DNA of 64,000 nt from the human T2T-CHM13v2.0 reference genome, Homo sapiens. Made by a program: the position numbers and the translations under genes. This document shows positions 28,656 to 43,495 of the stretch, piece by piece (within the stretch, counting starts at the first letter, position 1; each line of letters starts with the position of its first letter). The stretch lies in the NCBI RefSeq assembly GCF_009914755.1, contig NC_060932.1; one strand, 5' to 3'. The notes under the pieces were generated by a model, which was not told the DNA's origin, ran no database searches, and worked only from the letters and a program-made list of their open reading frames with translations.

Positions 28656-29543
28656 CTAGAGTAACAGCTTGACTTATGGCTGCTTGGAATAGACTACATT
28701 TCCCAGCCTCCCTTGCAACTAGGTGTGGCCATGTGGCAAGTCCTGGCCAATGTGATGTAAGCAAAAGTAGTACATCCATGCTCTTCCTCCTTCCTCCTTC
28801 CATTTTGCTACTTGAAATGCAGACATAATAACTGGACTGCCACTTTGGACTATGAGGACAGGAGTCTGTGATGGAGAAGAAATTGGAAGCACTGTGGGTG
28901 ATTACAGTCCCTATACCAGCCCTGAGTTATGTCCAGAATTTTATGTGACAGAGAAATAATGATCTCTTTTGTTCAAGCCTCTGTTCCTTTGAGTCTCTGA
29001 TATTCTCAAAAAGTATATAATCCTAAATTAACACAAGAGCCCAGAGATCATGTATTTAACTACCTCGTGTTATAGATATAAAATAAAAGTGAGACTCTGG
29101 AAAGATGAGTGATTCACCTCGAATCATTGGCTAATTAATGCCAGAGCAAGGCCTAGACTGTTATCTGATTCTAAATCCAATGCTTTTTCTAGATTTATAT
29201 GAGGCTAGTGCTCCCATAAACATACACTTAAATTACAAATGTTTGTTATTTTCTTTGTGAGATCTTTTCAGTCATTTAAGCCACTTCATTTTTGAAGGAG
29301 CAGGTGCTCAGTTTTATTCTAAAAATGAAGAAAAAAATGTTTTTATTTATAGAAACTTACTTCAGGATCATTTCTTTCAAATCCTATTTATTTCAGAAAG
29401 GAAGATATTTTAGACTAATTTTCCACCTAAAACAGCAGGAAACTCAAAATTCCTTTCAAAGGGTTTACCCCCTTATTGTCTTCGATCCTGAGGTACACAC
29501 CAAAAAAATAAGTGCTATGATTAAAAGATGAAATGTATTTATA

Positions 29544-29860
29544 AGCCAGGCACGATAGCTTATGCCTGTAATCCCAGAACTTTGGGAGGCTGAGGCGGGC
29601 AGATCACCTCAGGTCAGGAGTTGAAGACCAGCCTAGCCAACATAGCAAAACCTCATCTGTACTAAAACTACAAAAACTAGCCAGGCATGGTGGCATATAC
29701 CTATAGTCCCAGCTACTTGGGAGGCTGAGACAGGAGAATCGCCTGAGACCAGGAGGCGGAGGTTGCAGTGAGCTGAGATCTACCACTGCTCTGCAGCCTG
29801 GGTGACAGAGCAAAGACTCCGTCTCAAAAAAACAAACAAATAAATAAAATAAAATAATAA
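29544..29860 (+). mobile_element. AluS
   Basis: Full dimer with mixed A tail. Confidence 0.94.
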
Positions 29861-30429
29861 ATGCGTTTATGTTAGAGTGAGCTGACTTCAACTTTAACCA
29901 AGATTACCAACAACAACCTAAACTCATGGAGGGAAATAAGCCCTTATGACTTTTTCAAAGCACATTCACATCAATTATTTAATTGATCAATACAACAGCT
30001 CTATAAACAGGTATTATCTCCTTATACAGATAAGAAAACAGACTGAGAAAATGAAATGACAATGTAATAATCATAATAAATATGTGGAGTACTTCAAGTC
30101 TTGAAGTACTTACACTTAATATTATTTAATCTTATGGATTATTATTTATTCCCATTTTTTGTATAAGGAAACTAAGATACATGAATGACACACCTTGTCC
30201 AAGATCACAAGCGAACAAAACAAAGACAGGACAAAAATCTGATTTCAAAGGCAGAGCTCTTTCAGGTCTGACATGAGAAATCTGTTGCCTAAGTTCCAGG
30301 TCCATTGTTCCTTCTAAAACTGAAACCTAGTCTCTTAACTCTTACTCATTTTTTCAGTTAGTTACACTGTCTCCTAAAACAAACTCAGATCTTCAAGACA
30401 AAAATGATGAGATTTGTTAACACATGCAT

Positions 30430-30430
<1 letters not shown>

Positions 30431-30464
<34 letters not shown>

Positions 30465-30496
30465 ATTTGTGTGTATGCGTGTACGTATTGTGTGTG
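30431..30496. repeat. (TG)n microsatellite
   Basis: About 15 perfect TG units followed by degenerate repeats. Confidence 0.92.
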
Positions 30497-30897
30497 AATA
30501 TATACATACATATGTAGGAACATACATACGCATCAATGAATTTGGCTGATACAGAGATGAGGCAGTGACTGACTATTCTTGATGCATAATTTAGCCACAA
30601 TATATGAGACTATAGTAAATATATATTCTTTGGCAAGTTATTGGCATTTTACGTTTACTCATGTTAGTATAAGACACAACAAAACAAACCTACTGAAGAA
30701 TCTAGATTTTATGTTGACCACAACATGAAAAGCATAGCACAAGACCATAGCTTTTATTTTCAGCTATATTGAAGTATTTGTAAAGATGTATTTGTTTTGC
30801 ATAACATTAAAACTATTTTTTATTCTGTCTATAAGGTTATTTTGTTAATAATTTTAATGTTGTGCATGATGAATGTTTGAATACAAATTAAACACAT

Positions 30898-31205
<308 letters not shown>

Positions 31206-31426
31206 AAGTTAACATCTTTCTCAAAATCAAAATTCACTTATCCTTTATATCCCTCAAAAGAAAAAAAATTTGAGGTGAGAGGAAAAGGTTCATACTTTAA
31301 AAAATATGAACAGGTTTATTAACTGATAGAAAAGGAAGCCAAGGAGAGTTGTAAAATCTCTTTCCTTGAAGTTTTTCCCCAAGAAATAGGATAGGTGCTC
31401 ATTCGTTTAACAACAATTTTAGTATG

Positions 31427-31726
31427 CTTTTTTTTTTTTTTTTGGAGACTGAGTTTTACTCTGTCATCCAGGACAGGGTGCAATGGCGCAATCTCGGCTC
31501 ACTGCAACCTCCGCCTCCCGGGTTCAAGCGATTCTCCTGTCTCAGCCTTCTGAGTAGCTGAAGCTACAGGTGTGCACCACATATCCAGCTAATTTTTTGT
31601 ATTTTTAGTAAAAATGGGGTTTCCCCATGTTGGCCAGGCTGGTCTCGAACTCCTGACTTCAGGTGATTTGCCTGCCTCAGCCTTCCAAAGTGCTGGCATT
31701 ACAGGTGTGAACCACCATGCCGGGCC
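31427..31726 (-). mobile_element. AluS
   Basis: Reverse dimer; TSD tagtatgcttttt. Confidence 0.95.
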
Positions 31727-33114
31727 TAGTATGCTTTTTAGTAACAGCAGTATATGCCAATTGACTAAAAGGATACTACAATATGTAAGCATTCAATTTT
31801 TGCATTTAATATATAAATACCTATTCAATTTTTTACATTTTCAAAAGGGTTTGGTATTTATACAGTACCTATTTCAAACAAATTTAAGGAAGATATTGCT
31901 AAATAATATCTTCTGAACTACTGAATAATGTATCACTGAATAATAATATCACTGAACTACTCTATATAAAATTAGCATACACAAATTGTCCCTTGCACAG
32001 GTAATAAGGGAAGTGTGCACCTACATTTCTAAATAACCACTTTAATCAAAAATCAAACATAAATTATATTCATCTTTATTGCAAATAGAGATAGGAGAAG
32101 AATTTCAGTACGATGACTTGAAAAAATTAACTATTAGCCTGAAATCTAATCAGACTAACAGTAACATATCCAAATAAACCCAAGTTCTACCTTCTGGACA
32201 ATGGAAAGATGCCTCACCAGGAAGCTGAGCCTGGCAGCAAAGCTAATTTGCTGAGGTCCATTGTGAGACGGTTCAGCAAAAGGACATTACTTCCACTTCT
32301 AATAATGTCTAAGCACGTTTCATTCTTTAGAAAAAAGAGTAAGGTATTTCCTGCCTTGTGTTAATAACTCTATCCTGGCCATATTTAAGGGCCAGGATAT
32401 TCATTAGCTCAGGATGTGATCTTTATGAGTAAACAGAAAGCATCTCTGGGGAAATAAGAGGCCGCAGCAGGAGCTGGGAGTCAGAACAGTTTGTCACTAG
32501 CCGCAGTGTGCCACTAACTGTGAGGCAATGGATGCTTGAATTCACACCTGTGTCTTTATTAATTATCTACCCTGCCTCTTACTTTTCCCCTTCCCTCATC
32601 TCTTTCAATAATAATCCTGGTTCTCCTGTCATTTATATGGAGGATGGTCTATTTGATAAATAGGGAGAAAAGCCAGGGTCATTCTCATTAATAATTAATA
32701 TTTGTGTTGTTCTTTACACTTAAGTAAATTTTAATTTTTAAAACTTCAAAAACCCTCTAAAATGGATACAGTTATAGCATTTCACAGCCAGTAAAACTGA
32801 GGCCAAATTAGTTGACTCACTCAAGGCTACACAGCTTGTAAGGGGCAGAGGCAGATCTTGAACCCAGAACTTCCGATGCCAAAACCCACAACCTTTCTCC
32901 TATACCATATTGGTTCAGTACAGAGCAGGTAGGGATCACTCATTTTAGCAGGTATGGGCCTGCTAACATGCCCAGTAAGAAGTTTCTGGGTTCTCAAAGG
33001 CAGAAATTTAAACATCGAGCTACCTTATTTCTGTAAAGTACCCCCAGAAAGGCAAAAAGTGAAGCAATTCAACCTCAGTTCCATCTCATGTACCAAGGGA
33101 GAAAAAGAATAAAG

Positions 33115-33148
33115 ATGTATGTATGTATGTATGTATGTATGTATGTAT
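33115..33148. repeat. (TATG)n tetranucleotide repeat
   Basis: About 8 units directly visible. Confidence 0.92.
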
Positions 33149-34066
33149 ACACAGAAGAAATTTTAACTGCCAGGAAAAGGTATAGATCCAAAGTAAAGTG
33201 GTAAGATAGTGATTAACTTGAATGCCTGGAAAAAGAAGCTATTCATAAAAATCAGAGGATTTTGTAAGTCGTGGGGGATGGTGGGATGTTTGTTAGTTGC
33301 CCTTTAGTGAAACATTGTCTAATTCAAATCCTCATTGTAGAGATGCAAACCCTAAGGGTCAGGAAGAAGAAAGTTTTTATTCATTCCTTCATCAAATCTA
33401 TTGGGCATATCTTTGTTGATTGAACCAAGGATAAGATGCACTCAGTAGCAGAAACGCTCCTACGTCTGCTTCTGACACTTCCTTGTTTCCTCTGGATTTT
33501 CAGTCTTTTTGAAAAGCTCTCTAATCTTTCTCAACCTGACTTCTATTCACAAAAAATCCTGCTCTGTGAACAACATATAATATTTTTTATGACTAAGGCT
33601 CTCGAGGGGATCTGGGCTATTCAGAACACCGTGCTGTGAACATAGAGGTGGTAATGTGGAGAGCACCGAGGTGAATGTCCTCAGAGCCCAGAATATATCC
33701 ACATAAGTAGGTCATGTTTGTCTTTGTTTTTCAGTGTGAGCGTGCACACATGTGCTTGGGAAACAAATCCCAGACATACGGACTGTGCTATTAATCATCA
33801 AAGGTAAGTGAAGCAAAAAACATTTTAGTTAATTGAAAGATTTAGTCAACAGACATTTTCCTGCACTGTGCCCAAATATATAAAATTAAAACACTTAAAA
33901 TTTCTTTTTTCCCACTAAGAGTTGTGAAAAGTAGCCATTTATATTGGAAAAATAAATGCAGAGTAAATAAATCAGAGATATAAACATTTGACCCTGACCC
34001 TACACCGATTCAGCTGATACACGTTTAAAGCAATTGTATTTTTATCATTGATATTATATCTCCTAG

Positions 34067-34491
<425 letters not shown>

Positions 34492-34856
34492 TAAAATCCA
34501 TTCCCTCCAGATAATCTTTCTTATGAATGTTTTCCACATGTCATAAGTCCTGCATTTACTCTTCTGCCTTAGATTCCTCTTCCTGGAAGATCTCATTTAT
34601 TACTAATAAATGTGCAATACATTTATTACTAATAGCTACTTTCCAGGCACTGTGTGAAGCCCACAACATACTTTATCTCATTTAATCCTCAGAGCCTTTG
34701 CTACCCATAGAGGTTAATGAGTTGGTCCAGGGTCACAGGCAGCCTACAAGGTTCACTAGACTGTGAGGCCTTGAAGGTGGGACCCCTCCGTGTTCTCATA
34801 TGGCTTCCCTGTGCATAGTGCCAGGCCCATAGCAAAAGCTTTATAAATAGTTGTGC

Positions 34857-34928
34857 ATGGATGGGTGGGTGGGTGAGTGGATAGATGGATGAATGGGCGA
34901 AGGGATGGCTGGATGGATGGGTGGATGA
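34857..34928. repeat. Degenerate (GGAT/GGGT)n repeat (L2 tail-derived)
   Basis: Directly visible and follows an L2 3' motif. Confidence 0.8.
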
Positions 34929-36816
34929 AAAAACAGAGTAAGAATTTCAACAAGATCTGTCTCCTAAACTGACCCTTTTAACTTGTATGCTATATGTCTT
35001 ACCTAGTACATGAAAGTTGGAGAAGAAAAAATTGACACAATAAAAATTCCAAATTGTAAGCAGCTTCTCTGAGTTACAGATTATACAGTTACATATTATA
35101 CAGTTCAATCTGTATAATATGGACCTATAATGGATTGTGAGGTGTGTTCTTGCAAAAACTGCTCTGCCTGCCTCATTTTCATCAACTCTTCACTGGAGAG
35201 AGGACTCCCTCCCACTGCAGTACTGTGGTGAAGACTGCAAAGCATGCATGGAAGGCACCTCGCTAATGCCATGCCTGGCTCAGAGTGGAAGCCTAATAAA
35301 GTTCACCGGTTTTCACCATCATAGCACAGGCTCCACTGAAGGAAAGATGTCAATTTGCTTTGGATTCCCAAAAGCTGTATAGGCTTTTTAAAGTATTTTC
35401 ACAAAGATTCATTCTTTTGATCTTTATAAGAATCTGAGGGTAAATGCTAAATCTTGGGCAGGAAAGAGCGTGGGAAGGATGAGGCCTGAGTATTATGTGA
35501 CAAAAATATTCACAGTCTCTCAGTCTCTTTTCCCTTTCTGGAATCAGCTTCTCTGCCAGCGCAAACGCAAACTACATGCTGGGCAATCAGATAGTTTAAA
35601 AGGAACAAGTATAATGTATTAGAAAAATGGGTTATTTAGTATGAAGTGACTTATACCTATCACTATCATGTCATAGCAGAAGAATGGAAACAACCAAACG
35701 CCCATCATTAGGGGACTGAATAGACTTCACACAATAGAGTACCGTGCAGCTATCCAGAAATGAGCAAGGTCTCTAGACTGTATGGTACAGAACAGGGCAT
35801 ATAGCATGCCAACCTTTGGAAAGAAAGGTGAAAAACACTAATGTAAAATACCGATGTATATATTATATATATTGCATACGTAATACATGTATTTACTTAT
35901 GTATTTAAAAAGAAATAAAAAAGGATAAACTAATGTTTTAAATGGCTTCCTATAGAGAGAGGAAGAGAATTGGAAGAAACTGGAATGGAACTGAGGCCTC
36001 TCTGAATGTACTTTGTTTATAGTTTTGACCTTCAAACCATATAAATGTTTTATATAATTTTAAATACAAATTTAACTTTAAAATTTTAAAAAGGTAATTC
36101 TAAAATTAAAAACCAAAAACAAATTAAAACAAACATCACAATATATCAGATATAACCAAACAGAGAAGAATTACTTCAGATAACTTCAGAACAGTATTTT
36201 GCACATCTGCAGTAAGAAATGGCCTTTGAACAAAACAAACTACAAAAGTCTAAAGCTGTATTTAGTATTTTACGATTAACTTCTGTGCTATATGTCTTAT
36301 GGTTTATGGTTAATAAATAATACTGAGAATTGGTTTGAAATTATTATACATACATACAAACACACACACACTTGAATAAAATAATTATGTTAAAGTCATT
36401 AGAAAAAAGATTTTTATCATTAAACAAAAGAGATAAAATATAATATCAGAAAAGGTAAGTAATAACTGTGATATTAACATTTGAAGTGCAAACATCAGTA
36501 TAATCTCATGACTTTTTTTAATTAGAAAAAGTCCAGAAACAATGACGATCTTGTAGCAATGAGCAATGGGCAACCCGAGTGTCCAGATGATGGTGTCCAA
36601 GTACCATTTTCCTGTCAAAGAAACCAAGATTCCTTGCAGATATACGACTGATCCGAGGTCCAGGGCAGGAAATGTGGAAGGTAAGTGAGTCACCTTTTGT
36701 CATGACAGAAACCACAAAGACTACTGAGGTAGAGCCAAAGGACACAGGTACTGACTTTAAGGGGCTCCCAATGGCCAAAGATTGGGCAACTGGAGCATCA
36801 AAAAGAATGATAACTG

Positions 36817-37157
<341 letters not shown>

Positions 37158-38627
37158 CTAAAAATGAGTTAATAATACTTTTAACAAATTATTGGCCACT
37201 ATATAAATTTGCTAGAATATAAATTTTTACTCTGAAAACTAGTAAATAAAGAGAAAGAATCATATAAGAAATTACGGTCATTGGGGGAACTGGCCAAACA
37301 AGAAGCTGGTCATTTGGCGAACTGATTTGGAATAATTCAAAGAGAGAGAGAGAGAGCGTGTGTGTGTGTGAGAGAGAGATTCGTAATATGCTGCAAGCAT
37401 GGACATCCCTCCCTAAGACTCCTTACTGTCTCCCGCCCCAGAAAGTTTCCACTACTTTACTCCTATGATCAAGATGAAAATAGTCACCTCTTACCATTTT
37501 ATATGACTGTATTACCTCTCTTCGCGGGTGGGATTTAACAAAAAGCCTTCCAATTACCACTGTAAAGTAGACCAATACAATTTGTTTTAAAATCAGAAAA
37601 CCTAACAAGATTTCCTAAAGGAAATTTAAATTTAGCACAGTTTCATAAAAGAAAAAGAGGAGAAACTGATTTTTCTTGATTATCTACTGTATACCAAATG
37701 CTTTAAGATCTAATTAGCTCACTTAATATTTTACAGTAGCCCTGGGGAATGATCACTCACATTTTACAAATGAGAAACTGAGACTCTGAGTGGGTAAGCA
37801 ACTTGGCTAAAAGCCTACATCTAGTTAAGTCACAGATCTGGGATTCAGAGAGGTCTGTGTACTACATTAGGCTGCCCACAGCAAAACAAAACAGATAATA
37901 TTGATTCTGGACATGGCCAGAGTTTGTGGGGATGCAACATTACTACAAATACCAGAGTGATGAATTGGTTAGTAACTAGTCCCTTTTAAGAAAACAATAT
38001 AACTCTATAGGGAAGGTAAGAATAAATGTGTATTTGGTACACAGGGTTTTGGGAAAGTTATTTAATCTAAGATTTTAGGGAAGGAAGAATTATAGAGTTC
38101 ATTTCAGTTCAAGTTATTGTTTTCTAGACTAGAAAACAGACCTGGAGAGAAAAACACTGTCCACCTTATGTACTGCGAAAGCCCTGGGAGTCCCTGCGAG
38201 GAGTAACTACACAGGCCTGGAATTAGCCTGAGCTGTCTTGCCAAATCATCAACGTGCATCTGTAGGGCACTGACTCCTAGTCAAGGCACAAAACATGTTC
38301 ATGAACAGTGTTGCCTTATAACTATGGGTCCTAAGTGGTTGAGGATGGTTTGTACCAGCTTGTCAGCATTGTTTATTGACAAAAATGAGCATGAACTCTG
38401 TAATTTCTTCCTTCTCTAAAATCTTAGATTAAATCATTTTTCCAAACATGCTCATTTCATGTTTATTGTAACCAGTCTCACTAAGACCCCTGGAGAGCTC
38501 GGCTGTTGAAACTGGTTACATAGCAGGAATCTATGGGGCCAAGAAAATACTAAAAATATTCAAGCATGTGAGATGGCTTGAATATAAAAATATTCAAGCA
38601 TGTGAGATGGCCTGTGGCTGCAAAGTA

Positions 38628-39016
38628 TTAGGTTGGTGCAAAAGTAATTGCAATTTTTTTTTTTTTTGAGATGAAGTCTGGCTCTATTGCCCAGGCTGGA
38701 GTGCAGTAGCACAATCTCGGCTCACTACAACCTCTGCCTCCCAGGTTCAAGTGATTCTCATGCCTCTCAGCCTCCCAAGTAGCTGGGATTATAGGCACGT
38801 GTCACCACGCCTGGCTAATTTTTGTATTTTTTGTAGAGACGGGGTTTCGCCATGCTGGCCAGGCTAGTCTCAAACTTCTGACCTCAAGTGATCCACCTGC
38901 CTCAGCTACCCAAAGTGCTGGGATTACAGGCATGAGCTACCACACCCAGCCAGTAATTGCAGTTTTTGTCATTACTTTCAACAGCAAAAACCGCAATTAC
39001 TTTTGCACCAACCTAA
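38628..39016. mobile_element. MADE1 (Hsmar1 MITE) split by an Alu
   Basis: ttaggttggtgcaaaagtaattgca [Alu] gtttttgtcattactttcaacagcaaaaaccgcaattacttttgcaccaacctaa. Confidence 0.93.
38654..38951 (-). mobile_element. AluS inserted in MADE1
   Basis: Reverse dimer; TSD agtaattgca (38643-38652 / 38952-38961). Confidence 0.95.
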
Positions 39017-40230
39017 TCATCTTTACTTTAATGCTGATGCCATGTAGTATCCTTTCCTGCAAGAAATGCCAATGTGTTTCTTATCATTTTGGGTCATCTG
39101 AGTCTTAAAAACATTGTTAAAGAGCAATTGAACCCTGTTTAACTGCCATTAGAGCACTGGCTAAGAACCTGCCACATGGTAGACACCCAAACATTCCTTA
39201 AATTAGTTGATTGATAAAGAGAAGCTGAGTGTTCTGACTTTTTGTCCACTATGAGCTCTTACAAAAGTTCTCATTAGCACTGAAGAGAAACAAATGTAAT
39301 TCAGCATGATATTAATACATACCTCTCTCCCCAAAAGACAAAGAGCCTATAATTTTCACTTTTTGTTCCTAATAGCGTCTATTCATCTCAATAATGATTA
39401 AAATGATATAAGTGGGAAGACTTTAGCACCTGCTACAAAATGTTGGTTTGCAAGTACCTTTCTCCTCTCTCAGAGCCACCATGCTTGAGTAGTGTCAGCA
39501 CACGTCTCAGGGGCAAGTGTCATCACCTGACCTTGGAAATGGCCAGTGATAGTGGACATCTACACCTAAAACACTTAGATTTGTATTTAAATGCTTAATC
39601 TCAACATTAAAGAGAAAAATCTGTGTATACATTTACAAAACTAGTACAAAAATTTTAAAAACTGCTCATAAACTTATATAAAAGCTGTTGATGCCCTTAG
39701 AAGAATGAAACAAATCAAAGCCCATTCATATATCTCTTGCATCTAAAGATGAAGTGATTCCCAAAGGCTGCAATTTAAGTTCAGTGGCACTGCTGTAAAT
39801 CACTTCAACCAAATCCCAATTCAGTGGCTGAAGATGGATGGCAAATATTTGGTTATTTAGACAACAATAAAAATTACAGTAATTTTAAAAATTACACCCC
39901 AACCTAATTCTTTTACCGCAGAAGTAAGTATCTCAATTATTCTACAGTGAAAAACAAAATGGAATTTTCCAAGGCTACTTCCCTTGTAAAGACAAACCAA
40001 TAGCTCTAACTCTATAATTGTACACATCAAAGGGCAAGAGCCCAAGCAAAGGCAATGCTGAAAGATCACAGTGCTCTGAAAACAGACGTTGTGGACCATG
40101 GCTGAGTGGATGGAAGTGGAATCCTAAATCCTTTGGAATATTGTCTTTTTGGAAATAGTGAAAAAAATAAATCGAAATGATGACAACAGCATATACGTAT
40201 TATAATATTTCAGTAAAAATCACATAGCGA

Positions 40231-40550
<320 letters not shown>

Positions 40551-41174
40551 ATCACATAGAAATATTTATATACTCCAAGGAGTACAAGACTCTAGCATCC
40601 AGTTCTAACACTTACTATTTGCCTTTCAGCAAGTTACTTAAACCCTTCTGGCCCTTTTTTTCTCATCTAGAAAACTGGCATAATTAATAATATCTACTTC
40701 ATAGGCATTAGTTACATAGATTAAATGATGTTACCCACATAAAATTGCTTAGGTAGAGCCTTGGACTTAGTAAACACTCAGTACATGTCAGCAGTGTTTT
40801 TATTATCATCGTTATTATTACAGAAATTTTATTCTCAGACCTATTCAAAGTGCACAACTTCAGATGTAAGGTGCTATCATCATAAATAATAATTTTCTTT
40901 ACTGTGATATGATCGGGTTGTATTTTTCCATTTATATTGTTGTACCTATTTGAAGTTAAGTAAGCTTCAAAACAAATCACTATTCACTACTTCATTTGAT
41001 CCTCACAACAATGCTGACATAGAGAGAGACAGGGGAGAGACTATCCTCAAGTTACAGATAAACTCCAGTTTCAGCTGAAATTTAGGGAGGAAAGTGACTT
41101 GACCAAAGCCATGCAACTAGTTACCGGCAGTGAATGGATTCCACGGGCACCCTGTATAACTGCTCCTTCAGGGT

Positions 41175-41541
41175 TGATACGGTTTGGCCCTGTGTCCCCA
41201 CTCAAATCTCATCTCAAATTGTAATCCCCGTAATCTCCATGTATCAAGGGAGGTGCCAGGTGGGAGGTGATGTGATCGTGGTGGTGGTTCCCCCATGCTA
41301 GTCTCATGATGGTGAGAGTTCTCACGAGACGTGATGGTTTTATAAGGCAGTTTTTCCTGCTCTTCCTCACTCTCTTTCACCTGCCACTATGTAAGACGTG
41401 CCTCTTCCCCTTTCGCCCTGACTGTAAGTTTCCTGAGGCTTCCCCAGCCATGCAGAACTGTAAGTCAAATAAACCACTTTTCTTTATAAATTACCCAGTC
41501 TTGGATATGTCTTTATCGCAGTATGAGAACAGACTAATACA
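41175..41541 (+). mobile_element. THE1D/MSTA-type MaLR solo LTR
   Basis: TGATACGGTTTGGCCCTGTGTCCCCACTCAAATCTCATC...AATAAA...GACTAATACA; TSD agggt/agggg. Confidence 0.9.
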
Positions 41542-42611
41542 AGGGGTCGTCCCATCATTTCAGGCTTCTCCAAAATACCAACTTCATAATATTTAACTAC
41601 TTTCAAGAGATAGATGTGACCCCAAGTGGGTCAGCAGAAAGACCATGAGCAGGGAGAGCACTGTGACACAGACCCCACTGTTCAGTAGAAACACACTATA
41701 CCAGAGGAGTGAAGTGGGGTTGACTCTGGTATTGCGATGATGCCCTCGTCAGACATTGGTGTCACCACCTCCCGCCAGGCACAAGTGTCCTCAAGTGATT
41801 ACAGCATGAGAGAAGTGGAGCTGAAGGTCCCTGAGCAGATTTCCCACCCTGCACCTGCTTGCCTTTGGAGCTCTATTTCTGACCTAGGGATAAACTCTCC
41901 CCTCCACCCTCCTTTGCCACTAGAGTAAGCTTTATCCACCCCTGCTGCTTTGCCTTTGCTCAAGCTGGTCCTCCACAGGAAATAAACACCTTTTCTCCAA
42001 ACTCCAAATGGGCAGATTCTACTTTCCCTTAAAAACCTAGTTAAAAGCCATTGTCCATGAAATGAAACTCAACCACACTGCCCCATCAGCGAAAATAATC
42101 TCTGTGATCCAAATTTTCTGTTTATTTATTTAGACAGCTTTTTCTAATGTATTTCATAAGTTTTCTCTCTCCTCTTAGATGTGTAAGCAACTTAAGGCCC
42201 TGGTGTGAGTCTTTAGATTTCCCCAGCCACACACCAGGCACAGTGCTGTGCACAGAGCTGGCATTCAATGGCAATGTGAACAAGCGAGCAATAGAAGGTC
42301 AGTCCTTCTGTAGGTGTTTGGTGCTTCCTCTCTATCCATAACACAACGCAAACAAATTGCAGTGAAGGTCAGGGTATGTATCTAAATAATTTTTTTAAGT
42401 GAAAAGAGAATTTGAACTCAAAAACTTTGTCAGATGATAAATTCTTTTTCAGATATATTTCTCAATTCCCCATTTCAGTCTACATGCATTAAAAAAAGGG
42501 ATTCAGAGAACAAAAGAGCTCAAATTTTAAAATTTCTTTGAAAAATGAAATCTATGCCCAGAGAGTAAGAATGATTAAACTGATAACAATTCAAAAAACC
42601 AAGAGGAGTTT

Positions 42612-43495
42612 TAACAAATTTACAAGAAGAAAACAAACAACCCCATTGAAAAGTGGGCAAAGGACATGAACAGACACTTCTCAAAAGAAGACATACATGC
42701 AGCCAAGAAACATATGAAAAAAGCTCAACATCACTGATTATTAGAGAAATGCAAATCAAAATCACAGTGAGATGCCATCTCATGCCAGTCAGGATGGCGA
42801 TTATTAAAAAGTCAAGAAACAACAGATGCTGCCAAGGCTGTAGAGAAATAGGAACGCTTTTACACTGTTGGTGCAAATGTAAATTAGTTCAGCCATTGTG
42901 GAAGACAGTATGGCGATTCCTCAAAGACCTGGAACCAGAAACACCATTTGGCCCAGCGATCCCATTACTGGGGATATACCCAAAGGAATATAAATAATTA
43001 TATTATAAAATGCGTGCACACGTATGTTCATTGCAGCATTATTTACAATAGCAAAGACATGGAATCAACTCAAATGCCCATCAATGATAGACTGGGTAAA
43101 GAAAATGTGGTACATATGCACCATGGAATTCTATGCAGCCATAAAACGGAACAAAATCATGTCATATGCAGGGGCATGGATGGAACTTGAAGCCATTATC
43201 CTCAGCAAACTAACACAGGAACAGAAAACCAAACTCGCATGTTCTCACTTATAAGTAGGAGCTGAATGGTAAGAACACATAGATACATGGAGGGGAACAA
43301 CACACACTGGGGTCTGTTGTGGGATTGAGGGGAGAAAGAGAGCATCAGGGAAAATAGCTAATGCATGTGGGGCTTAATACCCAGGTGATGGGTTGGTAGG
43401 TGCAGCAAACCACCATGGCACACGTTTACCTATGTAACAATCCTGCACATACTGCACATGTATCCCAGAACTTAAAATTTTTTAAAAAAGAAAAG
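42612..43495 (+). mobile_element. 5'-truncated L1PA 3' end
   Basis: ORF2 C-terminus [28 protein letters not shown]...[17 protein letters not shown]; 3'UTR; TSD aaaaaccaagag(g/t)agtttt. Confidence 0.94.

Noticed and set aside
34979-36299. Shared tgctatatgtctta at about 34988 and 36286
   Set aside because: A 14-bp AT-rich match is plausible by chance, unlike the 44-bp exact copy.
42520-43254. Reverse-transcriptase-family peptides (also at 5734-5970 and 23881-26139)
   Set aside because: Frameshifted, truncated LINE-1 ORF2 relics rather than an active or novel RT system.
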